DNA of 64,000 nucleotides from Leucoraja ocellata (lineage: Eukaryota). The number at the start of each line of letters is the position of its first letter. The stretch's first letter is position 1. Positions 24,091 through 38,384 of this stretch are shown piece after piece. The stretch is taken from positions 9,920,001-9,984,000 of the forward strand of contig JAWMAR010000026.1 in NCBI GenBank assembly GCA_036785375.1, in the 5' to 3' direction. Position numbers and translations under genes: made by a program. The notes under the pieces were generated by a model. It searched no databases, was not told the origin of the DNA, and saw only the letters and a program-made list of their open reading frames with translations.

Positions 24091-26489
24091 AGTTTATTAA
24101 GGTTACAAGAGTGTAAAAAGTTGCCACCCAGAGTAACGCCCCGGCCAGGGTAAATTCACCCTCTGGAGTAACTGTCCATTTAGGGTGACTCACTGTCAGG
24201 GGTAGCGCACAGTCAGGGGTAACTCAGTGAGTCGCTCTGGGTGGTCAGTTGCCCTGCAATGGAGCTGCCTGCTGCAGCACCAGTCTTTGTATGAACCGCC
24301 ACATCCTCACACTGTGCTCGTCCTTGTGAATGCCCAGACAGCAACAAAATACCTGCCTGCTTTAGGGTTAACTGCTGGCTTGGCAGTCGGATTATTCATG
24401 CATGGCAGTCAGGTTATGCAATGTTTGTACTTATGTTTTACCATAGCGTGCTAGTTGAATTTAGAAATTGCAAGTGGCCACGTCAAGCAGACTGAAGTAT
24501 GTAATTTGCTGCCAACAGTTTAATGTACATTACAAATTAAAACAAGGCTTTGGACAGAGACGTTATTCCCTGTAGTTTACTCAGGATGTTGAACATGGTT
24601 GATCAGTGGGAAAGACATGATTTAAAATTGTTCCTTCACTTTGCACCAGTACACAACATCATTGGGAATGGAAGAGACTATTTCACCCCTTGAGCCTATT
24701 GTGGCATTCTGTTAGACCCTCAATGGTCTGTATCCCCCTCGGATTCATTTATCAGTCTCATGGAAACCCCACCCAACAAAGAATGACCCATTTAATTCTT
24801 GGAGGCAAGAACAGTCCTTTGGGGGGAGAGAATTCCAGTTTTTCACAACTGTGTGGAAAAATCCATCCCATTTTTACTGTTGAACAGCCAGCTCCAACGT
24901 TAAAATTAATCCACATAATTTTTCATTTTTTTAACAAAGGAAAAATGTTCCTACAACCACCGTTTAAAACATTTTACACACACTGATCAAATCTCTTCTC
25001 ATTCTCTGTAACTGAAGGAATACAAGCCAGGGTGTAACAGTGAGAGGCAAGAGAAAATAAGATACTTTACTGTGGATGTGGAAAGGATGTTTCCTCTCCT
25101 GGAGAGAATTGAGAACTGGGGTGGGGGGGGGGGGGGGGAAGGGGAAGAGGAGGGGGGGGAAGAGAGGGGGGGAGGGGGGGGGAGAGTGGGGGGGGGGAGA
25201 GGGGGGGGAAACGGGGGGGGGAGAAGAGGGGGGGGAAAGAGGGGGGTCAATGTTTCAGCAGATTGCCATTTAATACGGAGATTAAAGCTGAAGTTTTCCT
25301 CTCGGAGAGTCAAGAGGCTTTAAAACTTCATTCTTCAAATCCCGGTGGAAGAAGAACATTTAACTATTTTGATAAAAGAGGTAGACAGGTTCATAACAAA
25401 TAAATGGGTGAAAGGTTGCTGGCTGGAGGTTGCTGGGATTTGAGGTTACAATTAGATCAGCCGATTCTTGCTCCTGGTTTATGCAACCTATTCTGATATT
25501 ATTCGGGTGATTTGGTTCAAGGGTCTTGAACGAGGCTGATGCCTGGGGCTGAAGCTGAGGTCCGGAAGTCCTCTGCACTTTGCACACCTACACCATTGTG
25601 TGTGGGAAGATCAACACTTAGTGTAGTCAGAGATATTAACGGCAACTGTTCTTCCTAATGATGCCGGACATTTACCTCCCTGGACATCTGAAGTTTGCAT
25701 AAATTCTACAAGACAATGAAAAGAAAAAGCATGAAAGCAATACACATGCTTAAAATCCCATTTCCTAAGCTGGCTGCCAACTTAGCTTCACAAAGTCAGA
25801 ATGTAAGAAGACAGGTGTTCTTGTGCTGAAAAATCCCTCTCTGGAGCCACCTTGACTCACTTTCCACCTATCCCTCAGTTCCCGTAACATGCAGACGTCT
25901 ATCAACCTCTGCTTTGAATGCACTCAGTGAGTGAGTACCCTTCCATGTAGAGAATTGCATGGGATCCCCTCTGAGTAAAGATATCTCGTATCATCTCAGC
26001 ACCGATTAGCCGGTCCTTATTCTGAAAATAAGCCCTCCATTTCTAGACGCCTCATCCAGGGAAACATCATCTCGCATCAAATCAGTCAAGCCCTTCAGGA
26101 AGTTTCAATGGGATGTCCTCTTAAACTGGAAAGAAAACAGTTCCAGTCTGCTCTTTATATAATAAACCCATCACTGGAACCAGTACAGTTATTCTTCACT
26201 ACACCTTCACTACATTGTCTCGCTAAGAGCATCCTTCCTTAGAGAGAGAGCCATAGAGAGGTATACAGCCTTTGGCCCAGCCATGTTGACCAAGATGTTC
26301 ATCTGAGCTAGTCCTATTTCCCTCTAAGTTATCTATCCATATACCTGTCTAAATGTATTTTAAACATTGTATTGGCACCTCCTCCACAGCTTCCTCTGGC
26401 AATTGATAAGGAGCTGAATACCATATAATACTCCAGATCTTATCTATATAATTACAATGAGAATTCCTTACTGTTGTATTGAATCCTCG

Positions 26490-27470
26490 ATGACCATCAC
26501 TACAGGAGCGCCTCAATGCTGTGTGTTCAGTCCCCTGCTTTACTCTCTCTATACCCATGACTGTGTAGCCAGACACAGCTCCGATGCCATTTTTAATTCA
26601 CCAATTATACCACTGTCGTTGGGGTAACTAACAGGTAACAACGAATCAGGATACAGAGGGAGGATGATAATCTGATTAAAGGGTGCAAGAATCTTGATCC
26701 CAATGTTCACATGATCAAGGAGTTGATGGTAGACTTCACTCAAGGGAAAGTTGAGGATCCATAAACTTCTTTTCATCAACAGGACTGCGGTGGAGAGCGT
26801 CAACAGCTTCAAGTTCATGTCTTTGAAGATCTGTTCTGGCTCCAGCATACTGATGCAATCAGAAAGAAGGTTCATCAACACTTCTACCTCCTTAGAAGCT
26901 TGAGGAGATCGGTATGTTGCTGAATACGCTATTGATCTTCTATGGATGTTTGGTAGCGCAAACCCCCAGGAATGAGGGGGCTGCACAAAGTGGTAGACAT
27001 TGCCCAGTCCATCACAGTCATTGACATCCCCTCCATTGAAGGGATCTACAGGAAGCGCTGCCTCAAAATGGCAGCTAACATCATCAAAGATTCACTCCAC
27101 CATGACCATGCTCTAAACTCACTCCTACCATCAGAAGAAGAAACAGGACACTGAAAAACATGACCCCCCCCGGTTCAAAAGCAGCTTCTTCCCAGCAATC
27201 ATCAGACCCTGAACTGTACACACCAACCACAATTCGACAGCAACTAGGATCTAGTATGAACTTTATTGTTTGTCACACCACATTCTTGGGTTTTGCACTA
27301 TTATAGCTGGTTACCTTGCACTATTGATTATTCATTTATTGCATCGTTGATTATTATTGTTGTTTATTTATTTGTTGTGGTGCTGCAATATTGCGCCTGT
27401 AAAACTGCAGCAAGTAAAAATGTCATTGCTCTGTCCCGGTACATCTGACAATTAAACACCCTTGACTCAT
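26490..27470 (+). mobile_element. Rex1/Babar-like LINE RT and 3' end, decayed
   Basis: GAPQCCVFSPLLYSLYTHDCVA RT motif and a typical 3' tail. Confidence 0.8.
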
Positions 27471-28920
27471 TGCCAACATCCAAGGAAGCATCAGTGTCTA
27501 TAGATTCAGCTCAGTAAAACTCAATATCACTGGCCATGAGGAGAGCCCAGGAAGAGCAATGCCAGTGCCTATCATCAGTGAACATTATCAACTTAAGCAA
27601 AAATTGACAAAAAAATAATTATATCTGAAAACAACAAAATTCTCATCAAATAGATCTTACAGAAAGGTGACTGGTGTAGAAACAATGGAAAATTATGAAT
27701 TATTTTGGGCTGAGGCATGAAGGGTGTAGATTGGAGTCCTGGCAAAGAATGAGCTAGTCTTGTGGATTTGTCACTTTTTGGTCACTTACATTGTATTGGC
27801 CTGAGATACGTGGAGAGCTGGTCTTTCTGATTCAATATTCCTCCACTGTAATTACTTGCACTAAACATGCATTCAACATGCCCACCACTTCCTTATATTC
27901 ATTTACAATGGCAATACCATCACTTTCCGAGGAGCTCATATTTCTCCTGACCACTCAATTTTCTCGAATGTTTCTTGCTTTGATGATTCTCTAATTATCT
28001 TTGCATGCTTCTTTTTAGTAACTCTGATGTTCTTTGTAACTCACCCAGACATCTTATTTATTGTCATGTGTTGGATTTACAAACATTTTTCATTGCCCTA
28101 TATGTTATCTGTAGTTGGGGAGCTTGTGTTGTCTGTGTTGCTTGGAATAGAACATTCTTGCCTCTTGTGAGCACAAACTGGTTTTGAAAAGCACAAAGAT
28201 CGATTTTGTCATGGCATCAGGACCAGAGCCGACCTACCTCTCCTTTTCCGGGGTTATGTCCATGTCCGGGTGCCCCCTGAAAAAGAACACACATTGTCCA
28301 TGGGCACCATTGAGTGGTTCTGGGACTGCCGGGCACTGCGAGGGATTAACTGTATCCTGAGTCAAGACTGTACTATAGTAAGTAGATGTTCAGCAGTAAG
28401 AATACTTGCCATTTTTGTATTATGGTGGTGGGTGCTTTGTCATTGTTCATTGTATAAATATTGTTGTAAATAATTGAATAAATATCATTTTTTTTATAAA
28501 GAAAAATTTCCATCTGCTCGTCTGTTCATTTTGCCTAAAAGGATGAATACGATAGAAAGACAGAACCTTTTTCACCAGGATGAAAAAAATAAATACTAGA
28601 AGGCATAGCTTTAAGATGTCAGCCGCAAAGTTTGAAGGAGATGTGCAGGGCAAGGCTTTTCTTTATGGAGGGTGGTGAGTGCCTGGAATGTGCTGCTGGG
28701 GGTGGTGGTGGAAGCAGGTAAAATAGTGGCCTTTAAGAGACTTTTAGATAGGCATATGGATATGTAGGGTTGAAGGGATATGGATTATGTGCAGGTAGAT
28801 AACAGATGGTCTTGGCTTCAGGTTTGGCACAGACATAGTGGGCTGAAGGACCAGGTTCCTGTACGGTCCTGTTCCAGGTTCTTTTACGTTGAAGTCAGAC
28901 AAAAATATATCTAGGAACTT

Positions 28921-29069
28921 CTGCTTCTTCTTCTTCTTGCGTATGGCATGCACAGCCTAAGGTTGAAAGACAATTTATTCTATTTGATCTTATTTGATTG
29001 TGCACGCCAGGTTGATTGCATTTGTCGAAACAGGGCGGACCACGTGAAGGTTGCAATCTCCCCCCCATA
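28921..29069 (-). mobile_element. About 150-bp short retroposon with (GAA)n tail and 9-bp TSD
   Basis: TSD taggaactt at 28912-28920 and 29070-29078. (TTC)n at the left end. Confidence 0.7.
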
Positions 29070-30287
29070 TAGGAACTTATAAACTCCTTCACATTTATCC
29101 CTTTTAAACGCAACATTTAACTTTAATTGAATTTGGACAGATTACTACTGGAGAATAGAAACAGGAAATGCTGGAAATACTCATTAGGACAGCTCACATT
29201 TGTGGGAAGAGAAACGGAGTTAATGTTTCAGGTAGAAGATCCTTTGTCAGAATTGGGAAAAGAAATTTAAAAAACTTTAAAAAGAGAAAGGAAAATCTGA
29301 CGGTAGTTTTTTCTCTTTTTTTCTGCACATTTTTTTTCTTTTCCCTCTCTGAGAGTGGGAGACGTATCTAGCCTGACCTGCAGGCACAACTTTCTGTTTC
29401 GCATCTCACAACTACCACATTCTTTTGTCTGTGTTCTCACTCTCTAACTGTTCCGATCACATCATTGACCAGATAACGTTTTTACCCTGACCTTTACCAC
29501 CCTCCCTACAGTTTAACAAGATTATTTTGTCTCTTTCCCAGATTTGACAAAAGATCTTCGACAAGAAATGTTAACGTTGTTTCTCTTCCCTCAGATGCAG
29601 CCTGGTTGCTGAGTATTTCCAGCATCTGTAGTTTGTTTTTGACTTACCACAGTTAAAGTTAGAAATCAAATGTAAAAACAAAATACTAAGCAGGTTGGAT
29701 AGCATCTGTGGAGAAGCATTTTATGTTTCAATTTGAAGACTCTTCATCAGATAAGTGAAACGTTAGTCTAAGTAGCAGAGCAAGTGGGGAAGTGTCTTTT
29801 TTCAGATTTTCATGATCTGCAGTTCTCTTGATTTTCACTCTTCTCAATTAAATCAAATCTGTTTTAAATGTAAGCAGCGTGAGGAGGGGTGGGGGGAACA
29901 AAGAGAATGTCTGTGATGGTAAAAACCTAAACGAGAAAGGTATTGACCATAACATGTCCATGGTATTTATTCTCTCTTGTCCACCGTTCTATCAGATAGT
30001 CCCTCCCTCTTTTCTTTTCACCCCAAACATCTTCTCTGCAACAAAAAAAAGTTTCCAATATTTTCTGGTTCTGATGAAATGTCATTGGCCTGAAACGTGA
30101 TCTGTTTCTACCACCACAAGCAGTGACTGACCCACAGTATTTCCAGCAGTTTTACCCATTTTGATGATAATTCACAAGTTATCCTTGTTCTTGTCACTTT
30201 TAGAATATAACTTCCACTAGTTACAATCCATTGTGGGGCAACTGAAAATACTTTGCCTTGCAAATGAATTCCAATTAAAGTTTCAAA

Positions 30288-30500
30288 TTGTCTTCCACAG
30301 AAGGTAGTTGAGGCCAGTTCATTGGCTATATTTAAGAGGGAGTTAGATGTGGCCCCTGTGGCTAAATGGATCAGGAGGTATGGAGAGAAGGCAGGTACAG
30401 GGATACTGAGTTGGATGATCAGCCATGATCATATTGAATGGCGGTGCAGGCTCGAAGGGCCGAATGGCCTACTCCTGCACCTATTTTCTATCTTTCTATC
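30288..30500 (+). mobile_element. CR1-like LINE 3' tail, second subfamily
   Basis: gatcagccatgatcatattgaatggcggtgcaggctcgaagggccgaatggcctactcc; also at 50700-51070. Confidence 0.8.
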
Positions 30501-33500
30501 CTGTAATTTTTATTTTCCAATTTTAGAGTTTGCTTTTTGTTTTTATCTGTATATTAATATGTATATCTCCTATATTAATTACTCTCTGCATAGTGTTAAT
30601 TAAAGGTAAAGAATTTTACTTCCTGGTTTTTTGACCATCAGAATTCATCATTTGGATTGGTAGCTCAGCCAACGTTGACATTATTGTTGACATTCTTGTT
30701 ACTGGATGTCACATAGTCCCAAAAAAAGTGTTCTACAACTACTGATGAAGCGGAAAACCTATATTTCACTGACCCTGCACATTCTTTGCGGGCAAGATGG
30801 TCCACGTTTGGAAGATCACTTCCTTGCCTTGACCAGAAATTCTTGCCTAATGTTGTAGAGGTTATGCTGAGCACACAGGGTGTTCAATATATTTCTGACA
30901 TATATGAGGTTATCCCAAACATTGTGATCATTTAAAACCATCATCAACTTTTACTGCCTTTGTTCCGTTACACAGCACCTTCCCAAATACCACACCTGGC
31001 CTTCACTACAATGTTAAATCATTTTCAGTGCTGGTGTGCACAGGTCTCCCTCAGAAACAGTCACTGCTGATGTCTCTCTACTCACAAGCAGTACCTTTAT
31101 CCATGGGCCTAAACCAGTAAAACCATGCAAGTGGGACTGACGTGCCTCTATCTACCTCTCAATCTCATAGCTGTGGATGGGCCCCGTTAATAGCGTCATG
31201 GAGAATGGGCCATGTTTAATGGTCAGCATGGTTTCCATGGGCCAATCAAACACGCATTTACACACTAAACTGATGTAATTTTATTCTGCCACTTTTCTTT
31301 AACCAACCACTCCACCCCCCATACCACCACACACCAGGGGCAGTTTACAGCAGCCAATTAACCCTCCCCACACGAAGAGACTGGAGCATTTGGAGGAATC
31401 CCACACGGTGACAGTGTGAGCGAGCAAACTCCACAGAGGCGGCACCACAAGTCTACTGTCTCGGTTGCTGCAGCGGTGAAGCAGCGAGTCAGTCTACCAG
31501 CTGCACCACTGTGCCGCCCCTCTGTTAATGTACCTGCAATAATACCAGTGATGGTGCCCAGGGAACAATCTCATGAGATCAGTGTCCATGCAATCGTTCT
31601 AGTTTCCTTCAAATCACTGGAGTTTCCACACCAATGACATTCTACAGAAGATAAACACAAAAAGCTGGAGTAACTCAGCGGGTCAGGCAGTATCTCTGGG
31701 GAGAAGGGATGGGTGAGGTTTCGGATCAAGACCCGTCTTCAGACTTCATGACATCCAATGCTGGCTGTTGGCGGTGCCGAGGGAAATCTCTCCCTGCAAA
31801 CACTACTACTCCATCACACCCAGACCCATCATTCAGATTGATTCAGCTTGCCGGGTGTAGTTCTATCCAACTGCTCAGGAGTCTGGATCTCCTGGTTACG
31901 GCGCGATAGACTGGGGCGCCTGTGCTCCACTGGACGGGAAGGTGGATGGGGAGAGAATGAATCGGGAGGCTGTGTCAGGCCGGGGAGGGGGTGGAGAAGA
32001 AACATAGGCTGGCAGCTTTCTACAGTACAGCTTTATTAATACTGGAAACATCACAGTGCGATTGAGGCTTCAGCCGGTGAGAGTAAACAAATTCACATGA
32101 TTATAATATTACAAAAGAGGGTGGAAAAGACGGTTACCAACAGCACCGGGAACATCACTTCAGTGTTTCTTTTTACTCTTTGTCTGTACAAAAAAAAAAT
32201 GGTGACGAGTGCTGCTCCCTGAAAATGTCCCGAGAATGGCCGTGGGGCAGAAGAGCGTGGAGAAGCAGCGGTCGGTGCCCTGCTGCCGGGAGGGACAGTG
32301 GGCGAGCTGGGCTGTGGGGCAGGAGGTTGGCGGAGCTCTGGCAATGTACCCACTTGCCGACCATTCCTCAGCCGGGCCGAGCCCTATTGCCGGTGCCCCA
32401 CGCTGGTTTTCCCTGTTGCCCCCCACCCCACATGCTGGAGCTGATTCCTATTCAACGTGCCTCTTGAAGTTCTCCACACCACAGCCTCGTCTTCCAATCC
32501 CAAAGCCCCTCTCCATCCCTCCACCCGAGAAATACTTCTGGCAAGTCGTAATCTTAAAACAAAAAGGCTGTTTAATGTGCCATTGCAGAGAACGTCTGCG
32601 CCCTGTGGATGAAAAAAATAAATACAAGGCCGACTTAATCAGGATAAAGCCGAGACAATCTGAGACATACACTAATTTGAGAAGCATCTTGGTGATTTGC
32701 CACTCCCGGTCAGTTTGTCCAATCTATAGGTTACCATCAGAAAGATAATGTATTTTGCAAGTTTGTATTTCTATAGCACCAAGTCGCTTAACAAAGACTT
32801 TACACCCTCAGATAAATAAATACCAGCGCCAAGCCACACACAAGAGACACTGCGACCGACGTGGCAGAGAAGTAGGCGATAAGGAGCATCAGAAAGCAGG
32901 AATGCACTTAACTGGGATCAGTGATGTTTGGGGAAGGGAGCGCCGCAGATGGGATTTCAGGCAGCCTTTTGGGTAACTCTTTCTTCGTTTTTAGCTCATG
33001 TTAACAGATCTTTAAACGCTCAAATTCAGTAGCCCCGATGTACCTTCCAATTGCCTGCCATACTCCAATTAATAGGTCTACCCACCTGGATGCGTTTATT
33101 GTGAAATGATCCCCCTTCACATGAAAGCACGGCAGTTGTTGGCGTTGTTTCTACGGGGTCTAGAGACCTTGTCCGGTACTTCACGTTCGTTCTGGTTCTG
33201 AGTAACATTGGGCACCAGACCACGGCTATTTCGCAGCTAATGACAGCTGGTTTCTGACAATCCCTGTTCGCGTGAATCTTAGGAGCAGTGTTTCAGCAGA
33301 CTGGAACTTTGGCTGACCATAACGCACGCGTTTGACCCATATCCCTTCAAACTTTCCCTATCATGTAGTCTGAATTGAACCTGAACTCCCTTGTACAACT
33401 CCAGTCTGGGACATGGAGGTAGATGGGACTTGGCAGCTAGTAGTGAGGCCAGTCATTTCAGGCGAAAAGAACAAACACAAGAAGGGGCTTTGTCTGCAGA

Positions 33501-34369
33501 TTGAGCCATAACTCCTAACTCTAACCCTAATTTCACCCACGGCTGATTCACTCATGTCACGGGTTTCCTTGTTTTTGCATCCTCACTGAAGGAAGTTGAA
33601 CGAGTACGTTTAAAGCCTTACTTGCCCTCGAAGGAGAGCTGCTCCGTTGCCAACTGCTGGCACGGAAGGGAACTGTTTAGTTTTGCTTGACCTCAGCACA
33701 ATATTTGCAGACGCAGAAATCTATCCGTCAAATAAAAACGCCGGCTTACTTGGTCACCAATAAAGTAGCAAGCCAAAATATAACTGTTAATTCACAACAC
33801 AGCCAATAATCCCAGTATAACACATTGTGACACAAAACTGGCTTATTCAGCAACAAAAACATAATGCTTGCCTTCTTTATAGGGGCCCCACTGAACTCAA
33901 GCTGTAGGCATTAAATTATCATTGTCACTTTGTTTAGTGGTCTTAAACATTTTTGATTGAATTTTGGCATACCTCCTGTCCTTCCTATCTCCTATAGTAA
34001 GCAGCAGTTTCCTTTCCCAGCCAGGTCTGTTCCTTCCATCCAAGTACAGGTACCATCCTCCAATCCTCACTCTCTCTGCCACCCTCCAATCCCCACACTC
34101 TTCTCCTAACGAGTTGGCTTCTGTCACATTTAGATGTTCACATGACGCAGAAATAATAATGTTATACAGATGTTTACAATTATACATGACTCATTTGGAA
34201 AACTTCATAAAAATATATCTATCTGCTCTACAACAGAGGCGATGAACCTCACTGCCTTCTCCTCACTTCCCTCAGTATCTGCAACAATGGGGCATTCTGC
34301 AAATTCTCCCAAACTACAGATACCATCAGCATAATGAACCTTGGACGGTGTCATAACCCAGTCAATTCA

Positions 34370-34640
34370 TTGGCATCCATCCCAAACTCTCCCTCTCCTG
34401 TGCCTCTGTACCTCTCCATCCTAAAGTCTTCCCTCCAAGTACCCATACACCTCTCCATCCCAAACACTCCTTCTCCAGTGCCCGTATTCCTCTCCATCCC
34501 AACCCTTCCCTCCTCGTGCCCCTATAGCTCTCCATCCCAACTCTGCCTTTCCCAGTGTCCTCTCCCTACATCTCTTCCATCTCAACTTCCCTTTCCTGTC
34601 CCAGCTGATGTACCTCACCATTCCAAACCCTCTCTCCCCT
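34370..34640. repeat. Degenerate C/T-rich minisatellite
   Basis: Recurrent ctctccatccc units. Confidence 0.7.
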
Positions 34641-37600
34641 GTGGCCTGCCTTGGGGAGCTCAAATATTGTAGGAAGACTGAGGAGAAATTCCATTCGAGA
34701 AAAATCCTTCACACCCTATACCACAACTGCAACTCTATAACATTTCTTTCAGCAGCTGCTCGTTTCAAACTAAAACTCACAATTAATTTGCATCCTGATG
34801 TATTTATTAAATTATTGCACAACTGTAACAATATAAAATGTTGCTTAAAGTGAGCTTATTAGATCTGAAGCCATGAGGCAAGTTTTAATTCAGGGTCTAG
34901 CATTATACAACTCTGAACCATCTTTAACAATCCTCGTTTCACAAAAGGTTAGCCAACTCAGTCACGGCATCAATATATGCCTCCATTCAAGTTCATTACT
35001 CTTCCATTTCATTAATTTCTTACCCTGCTAAATTAAAAATAAATGATCATTGGTGAAGATTGTGCTGGTCACTTAAATGGATACAAATGTAAGACTGGAG
35101 TTGGCAGTTATATCTAAGCAGGGTCTATTGCAATTATAAAGTCTTAGGCTGGGCTTTTACTGAGGGAACAGGCCTTTGACAACTCACCCTTGGGGGGGGG
35201 GGGGGGGGAGGTCAGCAAGAGATCTCCAGACCCAGCTTTTTGGTCCCTGGGTGCGGGTCTAGATGCCACTCAAAATAATTGGGACACTTCTAAGCTTAGA
35301 AACAGTTACAGTGCTCAATATTGGTTGACACTGCCCAACATTGCTGACACAAGCAATAACAAAACTACTGAAGCAACCCAACCAGTTGAGCAGTATCTGT
35401 GAAACCAAAGGGACAGTTGATATTTTGGGTCGACAACCTGCATCAGTACGGCAGGGTTTCGTTTGAAATGCTGACTATCCCTCTGCCTCTACAGATACTG
35501 CCTCACCCGCCGAGTTCCTCGAGCATTTGTTTTTCCTTTATTATAGATTGCAGCATCTGCAGTTTCTTGTATCTCCATTTTATTGTAGACACCAGGATTG
35601 GAGCTGGCATTTTGCACACTTACTCCATTTTCAGTGCTGTTTCTACCAAACCTTGAAACTTTGCACAAAAAATACCAACAAATGTCTTTCAGACAAATGT
35701 CAAAATATTCAATTTGTAGATTTGAAAAAAAAATCTAAAAAGCTATTAAAAATCACAATTTGTATTCATTTTCTGGAAACGTCTATATAATATTAAAAAC
35801 CTTTTTTTTCCCTGCAAGTGATAAAGGATTATACAATGACTAATGAATCATACAATTTCTCATACACATTATTTCACAAATATCTAGCTAATAAATACAA
35901 ACCATTTTCCATTAAGCAATCATTTAAGGGTGATATAGAATATAAGCCTTATTCTGTGTTGCACATCACAACATGTTTTGAGGGTGTTTGCTCACTGTTC
36001 AACAATGGCATCAAGTACATGCCTCATCCCCTGCAATCCAACTGTTCAATGGGGTGAATCTTGACTTTAAGAGCTGTTCTTATGCTTTTGAGTCATAAAG
36101 AGTTAAGTTCAATTCCTTTCCAAGCACACGATCCAGACTGGTGTTTCAAAGAAATATAAAGTGCTACAAGTTGCTGTCTTAGACCAATGCTCCAATCTGA
36201 CACATGCTATAATTTAAAACAGTATTGGCAATCTCTTGCAGTACAGTAGCCACTCCTTATATCTTGCCCTGTATCACTGATACAGATTACTGGGTCATCC
36301 TTCTCATTTGTCTTTGTAAGACTTGGGTATGCATTGTGTTTTTGTTATACAACACATGTCACAATGCATTTTATTGCAAATCATCATTTTCTACCCTTTG
36401 TTCGAATTACTGAAGTAATTATGGCTAAAACGAAAGATCCAAATGAAAACCAGGAAAGATGTAATTCTAAAACAAGCTGAAAATTAGAGACAGTGCTTAA
36501 AAGGTTAAAAGATGGAATTGTCATTGCTCGGAAGATCCCTCACCAAACTGCACTTGTCTCTTAGGTCATTTCAAGGTGAAGGACTGACATTGAACATCGC
36601 TTCATGACCAATAGAGTACTGTGGTATAACTAAACTCTTACCAATCCACTAGGTTATTTGGCGCTCCTGAAGACCCTGGAGCTAGACTAGCCATGTAAAG
36701 AACTGGACTAATAATCCAAAGAAAGCCTGTCCAAATCCCAAGTTAGCTTCTCTTGGTTTTGAATCCTTTTTTAAAAAGACAGCATTATTTGTAGATTAGA
36801 CCAACATTCCAATTAACTAACTAATATGGTTTAGTGAAGGAGAACTTTCTGACTATCCTCTTCCTTTTTATTTGTAACCATAACACCTCAAGCAATATAG
36901 CCACCTGTCTTCTGAAGTATCCAAGTGAAACACTTAATTATACTGAAAGCCGTACAAAGAGAATTAAATTCTAAATCAATAGCATCACCATCACTGGCTC
37001 CAAGTCACCTTTCCAACAATGAGGGAAGGGGAATAAATGCTGGTCTTGTCACACCTTCTGATAGATGCAAGGGTGATGTGGAGGGGGATTTAATTCACCT
37101 CACAGTCCAGAAGCCACAGGGGTGGACAAAGAGCACAACCTTTACCCGTGTTCTACTTGGATCAAGTGTGTAATATTAACTAATGTCAGCAGTTCTTTCC
37201 CACAGCTGGGAATTCCAACTAATCCAAGAGTAAAGAGAATGCAAGATATATCTACACAGGATAAGCTCTCCAGAACATATCTAGACAAACATAAAATTGG
37301 GGAGTCCTCAGAAGTCTGCTGTGATGAGTAAACACTAAGTTGAAAAATATAAAATGCTCAAAACACTGCAGGTCAGGCAGTATTTGTGTGTGAGGAAGTT
37401 GCAGGTTATTGATCTTCTGAATGTTCCCAGCATCTTCTGCTTTTATTTCAGATTTTCAGCAGCTGCAATTTTTTGATTTTCAAACACTGAGAAGTGTTTG
37501 GTGCCCAAAACAAAAAAAGCACATCTTACATCTGCAGCCTCACTTTATTCCAATAAAATCTAAGAATGTGCTGGTTACTGCCCATAAGCCCTCTGAACAA

Positions 37601-38384
37601 GGGCATCAGTTGTAGCTGAACCCATAGTCCTCTTCTCACTCCATTAGCACATTAACCCAAGAGAGACTCTTCTATTGTATTTGATAATGAGAATATTGGA
37701 AATGGGATCACAGGGTTCTGGTCACAGTGGGTACATGGAGCTATGGAATTGCACTGTCCTTCCAGAAGTCAGTGAGGAACAGAGAGGGCGAGGGAAAGAA
37801 AGAGAGAAAGAGACCTTGTACCTATTCCATCACTATGAAAAATTATTTCCACATCCTTGACATTGTCTGCCTCTGCCCTGCCTCAGCCCACCTGCAGCTG
37901 GCTGGCATCACCTCTTGTGGGAGGAGTCACTCAGGTAGATCATCTCACACATTGAGGACAACTAAAGCATCTGTTACCTTCCCAATTTCCCACTGATCAC
38001 CCTTCTGGCAATGTGAGCCAATCCAAAACTGCTTGTGCCCTAACTTGCATTGAGTTCCATTCACGGATTGGTCACTGACCTTCTCTAAATACTGGTTAAG
38101 TAATGCCCTAATGTTACAATTCCCATCCGTGTTTCCAATTCCTTCCGAGATCCCTCTGTAATCCCCATCGCCACCGCCAATTTTAACCTCCAGCACGTTC
38201 ATATGTAACCATTCCATCACTGGCTCCAAGGCAACAAACTCTGGAATTCCTTCCCACATCTCGTCCTTTAAGATGCTCCTTAAAAACTGCCTCTTTGACT
38301 AAAGATTTCATCTTCCACCCTGAAATCTCCAAATGTGGCTTGGCATAAGTATTTTTTGCTTTCTAAAGCTCCTGGGAATCACCC

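Noticed and set aside
25118-25246. Poly-G tracts (also 7968-8048) giving Gly/Pro-rich ORFs and G-quadruplex potential
   Set aside because: Low-complexity expansions inside repeats, prone to sequencing error.
32093-32748. Cluster of overlapping ORFs including 179 aa
   Set aside because: No recognisable protein or consistent splice sites; more likely GC-rich UTR or intergenic sequence.
33508-33532. Telomere-like ctaactctaaccctaa
   Set aside because: Only about three degenerate units.
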